Positions 60,423 through 64,000 of a stretch of DNA of 64,000 nucleotides are shown one piece after another; the first letter of the stretch is position 1, and each line of letters starts with the position of its first letter. The position numbers and the translations under genes were made by a program. The notes beneath the pieces are model-generated. The model did not search any database, was not told the origin of the DNA, and was given only the letters and a program-made list of their open reading frames with translations. The DNA is from Myxococcales bacterium (lineage in GTDB: Bacteria > Myxococcota_A > Bradymonadia > UBA7976 > UBA1532), in assembly GCA_020633555.1 (NCBI GenBank), contig JACKDL010000007.1, forward strand, positions 93,821 to 157,820, written 5' to 3'.

Positions 60423-63200
60423 ATGCGCACTCTCACGCTGCTGGCGCTGCTGGCGTCGCTGGCCCTGGCGGCCTGCGATCACGAGCCACCGCCGTACTTC
60501 GACCCCAACGCGCAGCCCAACATCGGTCTGCAGGACGCGGCCCCGCGACCCGATCGGGGCGGCGGGGGTGGCGGATCCGGCGGTGCGGGCGATCTGGACG
60601 GGGGGGCACAGGACGCGCAGGTGCCCGACCAGGCCCCCGACATGGAGGTGGACTCGGCCACCTTCGCCCCCATCGCGTTCGATGTGCAGACCCGGGTGGG
60701 CGACCGCAACACGGTGGCGGGCCTGGAGAACCGGGTGACCTGCGAGGTGCTGGACCAGGTGGGCGAGCCCATCGGCGGGGTGGCCACGGTGGTGGAGGTG
60801 CTGCCCGACAACGGCTTCGAGCGCACCGAGGTGGGCCTGGTGGGCGGCCTCGCCCGCGACTACGAGATCACGTGCTTCGCCCCGAGTCTGGGCCTGCGGG
60901 ACGCTACGCCGGCATTGTGGACGGTGCTGCCCGGCCGAGCGGCGACGGTGACCACGGCCCTGGCCACCGACGCCATCGAGGCGGGCGGTGAGGTGGAGGT
61001 GGGCTGCCGGGCCTTCGACGCCTACGGCAACCCGGTGGCGAACCCAGGGCAGTTCACGATCCGCGTGGATCCCCAGCCGCCCGCGCTGGACGTGCTGGGC
61101 AGCACGCTGCGCTTCCGGTCGGCCGGGGAGTTCGAGGTCCGCTGCGAGCTGGCCGGGGCCGAGGCGGCGCCGGGCCGCACCCTGAGCGTGGCCCCCGGGC
61201 TGCCGGCACGGCTGGTGATGAGCCTGTTCCCCGATCGCCCGGTATATCGGGTGGGCGACGTGGTCGAGATCGTGCCGGTGGTGAGCGACCAGTACGACAA
61301 CCCGATCCCCGACGCCCCCTTGGTGTTCGAGAGCGACCCGCCGCTGGAGCAGTTCGGGGCGGCGCGCCTGCGCTGTGCGCCCGAGGGCCGCTACGCCCTG
61401 ACCGTGTCGGTGGACGGCGAGACCTTCCAGGATCGGGCGCTGCGCGCCGACGCCGACATCCTGGTGGACTTCGGGGGGCCCGGGATCACCTGCGATGATC
61501 CGCTGGAGGGCGAGTTCATCGTGCTGCCCGAGGGCGGGCACGGCGAGCTGCGCGGCACGGTGCGCGACGTGGCCGGGGTGCGCTCGGTGTCGGTGGATGA
61601 GGTGCCGGTGGACCTGCAGCCCGACGGGTCTTGGCGGGCCGACGTGGCGCAGGCCTGGGGCCTGAACGTGCACGAGGTGGTGGCCGGTGACGCCGTGGAC
61701 GCCGAGAACAGCACGTTCTGCGCGTACTTCGCGGCCGGCGACTACCTGAACGAGAACCAGTTCCTGAGCAGCGCCATCCAGCTCCGCATGGGGCAGGGGG
61801 CGGTGGACGACGGGGATCCCGACCGCCCCCTGAGCAGCCTGGGCGACGTGATCCGCCGGGTGATCAACAGCCAGGGCCTGGTGCAGACGGTGGATGAGGC
61901 GGCCCGGGCGCAGAACCCCATCGTGCCCACCGAGTGCCGGGTGCGGGTGCTGGGTGTCTGCCTGTTCCGCTTCGGGGCCGAGTACGAGGGGCTGGCCATC
62001 GGCGGGCGCAACACGCTGGGCATGAGCATCGTGGACGGCGGCCTGCAGTTCCGGGTGAGCGTGCGCAACATCTCGGTGCGGGCGCGGCTGCGGGGCACGC
62101 TGGGCAACCGGGCGCGCATCGACGCCGATCACGTGACCATCGCGCTGACCTTCGATGTGGGCCTGCGGGGCAACGGCAGCCCCGATCTGCGCCTGCGCTC
62201 GGTGGACCAGGTGAGCGTGGGCGACCTGCACAGCGACTTCAGCGGGTTCATCACCGGGGCGATCCTGGAGCTGGCCTTCTGGGCCTTCGAGGGGCTGATC
62301 CGCGACACCATCACCGACGCCATCCGCGACTTCCTGCAGGACGAGATCGACGCGGTGCTGACGGACCTGTTGGGCAACGTGGACATCGGCGAGCTGAGCC
62401 AGGGTGTGGACGTGCCCAGCTTGACGGGCGGCGCGTCGGTGCCGCTGACCTTCTCGGTGGGCCTTGACCGGATGGACCTGGGCGGCGGCCGGATGATGGT
62501 GGGGGTGAAGACCAAGGTGGACGGGCCCGACCGGCTGGCGCAGCGCTCGCCCGGTGTGCCGCTGCCGCCGGGCTCGGGCTTCATGGAGCTGCCCGGGGAT
62601 CGGACGGTGGGCGCCGCGGTGCAGCTCGGCATTGTGAACCAGGTGCTGCACGGCCTGTGGCGGGCGGGGTACTTCGAGGCCGAGGCCGGGGGCCTGGTGG
62701 GGGAGCTGGCGGAGGACCTGCCCGAGGGCGCCGAGGTGTTCCTGAGCCTGCCCCAGGCGCCGGCGGTGATCGGGGTGGCCGATGAGGCCACCGTGCGGAT
62801 CTTCATCGGTCCCATGTCGGCGGGCGTGGTCTACCCCGGCTTCTTCGTGGAGCCGTTCCGCCTGCGGGTGGCGGCTGAGCTGTCGGCGACGGTGCGGCTG
62901 GTGGGGGAGCGGGACCTGGAGTTCGAAGGGGTGACGGTGGAGGCGCTGCACCTTGGCCTGGGCACCGACGTCCCCCAGCGGTCACGGCAGGTGCTGGAGA
63001 ACACGCTGACGCGGATCCTCCAGGCCATCATCGACAACGCCCTGAATGACGGGCTGCCGGTGCTCCCGCTGCCCGACTTCGTGATCCCCGACGACCTGGG
63101 GCGCTTCGACCTGCCCGCCGGGCGGGGCTTGGGGCTGCGGCAGCCGCGGCTCTCGGGCACCGAGGCCCGCTGGATCCTCGACGGGAACTTCGGGGAGTGA
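60423..63200 (+). CDS. large lipoprotein (925 aa), hypothetical, beta-rich/Ig-like repeats probable
   Basis: MRTLTLLALLASLALAACDHE gives a lipobox LAAC. GGGGGGSGGAG run. Long balanced sequence with repeated V/T/G-rich beta-strand patterns. No catalytic motif recognised. Confidence 0.6.
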   Translation: MRTLTLLALLASLALAACDHEPPPYFDPNAQPNIGLQDAAPRPDRGGGGGGSGGAGDLDGGAQDAQVPDQAPDMEVDSATFAPIAFDVQTRVGDRNTVAGLENRVTCEVLDQVGEPIGGVATVVEVLPDNGFERTEVGLVGGLARDYEITCFAPSLGLRDATPALWTVLPGRAATVTTALATDAIEAGGEVEVGCRAFDAYGNPVANPGQFTIRVDPQPPALDVLGSTLRFRSAGEFEVRCELAGAEAAPGRTLSVAPGLPARLVMSLFPDRPVYRVGDVVEIVPVVSDQYDNPIPDAPLVFESDPPLEQFGAARLRCAPEGRYALTVSVDGETFQDRALRADADILVDFGGPGITCDDPLEGEFIVLPEGGHGELRGTVRDVAGVRSVSVDEVPVDLQPDGSWRADVAQAWGLNVHEVVAGDAVDAENSTFCAYFAAGDYLNENQFLSSAIQLRMGQGAVDDGDPDRPLSSLGDVIRRVINSQGLVQTVDEAARAQNPIVPTECRVRVLGVCLFRFGAEYEGLAIGGRNTLGMSIVDGGLQFRVSVRNISVRARLRGTLGNRARIDADHVTIALTFDVGLRGNGSPDLRLRSVDQVSVGDLHSDFSGFITGAILELAFWAFEGLIRDTITDAIRDFLQDEIDAVLTDLLGNVDIGELSQGVDVPSLTGGASVPLTFSVGLDRMDLGGGRMMVGVKTKVDGPDRLAQRSPGVPLPPGSGFMELPGDRTVGAAVQLGIVNQVLHGLWRAGYFEAEAGGLVGELAEDLPEGAEVFLSLPQAPAVIGVADEATVRIFIGPMSAGVVYPGFFVEPFRLRVAAELSATVRLVGERDLEFEGVTVEALHLGLGTDVPQRSRQVLENTLTRILQAIIDNALNDGLPVLPLPDFVIPDDLGRFDLPAGRGLGLRQPRLSGTEARWILDGNFGE

Positions 63201-63202
63201 GC

Positions 63203-64000
63203 ATGCGCACGACGATTCTGCTGGGCCTGGGGCTGCTGGCCCTGGTGGCTTGCGACGACGCGGCGCCGAGCGGCGAGGCCCCCGGCGGGGGCGACGCGTT
63301 GCCCCTCCAGGACCTGGGCGGCGCGGGCGCCGGCGGCGGGGGCGGGGGCGGTGGGGCGCCCGACATGGCCGCGCCGGACATGGCTGGCCCGATGGCTCGG
63401 CCTGCGTTCATCGAGCTGGCGCTGGAGCCGCGGCGGCCCCTCTACACCCGCGCCGAGGCGCCGCGGGCGGTGGCCGCGGTGTACGACCGGATCGGCCGTG
63501 AGATCCCGGCGGCGCAGGTGGATCTGCGCTTCGACGTGCAGCCGGCCGCCATGGGTCAGGTGGCCGCCGACGGTACGGTGACCTTTGCCCAGGAGGGGCA
63601 GGGGGCGGTGCGCGCCTGCGTGCGGGGCACCGATCTCTGCGGGCGCGCGACCTTCTACGTGGACGACGGGGCGCCCGGCCTGGAGGTGACCCAGCCCCAG
63701 CGCGGGGCAGTGCTGGCGGGCGAGCCGGTGATCCAGGTGGCGGGCCGGGCCGATCCCGGCGCGGCGGTGTTCGTCAACGACCAGCCGGCCCAGGTCCAGG
63801 CCGACGGGACCTTCACCGCGGAGGTGCCCGCGGCGTTCGGCTACAACCGCATCGACGTGGTGGCCGACGACCGGGTGCGCCGGCCGCCGGCCCGGGTGGT
63901 GATGGAGGTGATCCAGGCCCCCGAGCTGCTGGCGGTGGACGACCGCGGCGTCGATCTGAACGACGCCATCCGGGTGCGCATCGATCAGCGGCTGCTGGAC
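63203..64000 (+). CDS. lipoprotein, hypothetical; C-terminus beyond window end
   Basis: ATG 63203 is 2 nt after the previous stop. MRTTILLGLGLLALVACDDAAP gives a lipobox LVAC. GAGAGGGGGGGGAP run. The frame is open to the window end. Confidence 0.55.
   Translation, partial: MRTTILLGLGLLALVACDDAAPSGEAPGGGDALPLQDLGGAGAGGGGGGGGAPDMAAPDMAGPMARPAFIELALEPRRPLYTRAEAPRAVAAVYDRIGREIPAAQVDLRFDVQPAAMGQVAADGTVTFAQEGQGAVRACVRGTDLCGRATFYVDDGAPGLEVTQPQRGAVLAGEPVIQVAGRADPGAAVFVNDQPAQVQADGTFTAEVPAAFGYNRIDVVADDRVRRPPARVVMEVIQAPELLAVDDRGVDLNDAIRVRIDQRLLD

Overview
This is a very GC-rich window (about 70% GC) with Myxococcota hallmarks (MYXO-CTERM tail, PEGA domain, AgmX/PglI-type domain, many LxxC lipoproteins, GTG starts), so nearly every frame is open and most six-frame ORFs are spurious. 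I called genes from protein-level motifs, ribosome-binding sites and start/stop coupling only.

In order, the window contains:
- an SDR oxidoreductase (partial), an AgmX/PglI-like protein and an OmpA-family protein
- a Bacillus-type succinate dehydrogenase operon, sdhC-sdhA-sdhB, on the minus strand
- a PHA-granule-family small protein, an MFS transporter and an LMW protein-tyrosine phosphatase
- a 650-bp noncoding island with a strong intrinsic terminator, which I propose encodes a small RNA
- a Gly-repeat, Cys-repeat lipoprotein, a GH31 alpha-glucosidase and an MscS channel
- a minus-strand operon of a PEGA protein plus three tandem paralogous Cys-rich (MopE-like DNDCDG) lipoproteins coupled by GTGA overlaps, lying downstream of a zinc-ribbon Ser/Thr kinase
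- a group II PLP decarboxylase, then a coupled aryl-CoA-ligase / PhoD-like phosphatase / trypsin-like protease operon
- YaiI, thiM-thiE, a lipase lipoprotein, pdxS-pdxT, an amidase and fused isobutyryl-CoA mutase IcmF
- a sigma54-dependent regulator followed by a textbook sigma54 promoter driving an Alternative Complex III (actABCDEF) - SCO - caa3 oxidase (coxBACD) supercluster, in which subunit IV is fused to a cytochrome c domain
- two large tandem lipoproteins at the end.

The sequence carries clustered single-base homopolymer indels. They are sparse at about 10.4, 16.35, 17.1-17.7 and possibly 26.9 kb. Between about 46.3 and 51.05 kb they occur every 30-60 bp and shred the regulator C-terminus, actA, actB and the actC N-terminus, while the flanking 9 kb of act/cox genes is intact. 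This looks like localised sequence-quality failure rather than biology, but it needs checking. No tRNA, rRNA, CRISPR array or mobile element was found.
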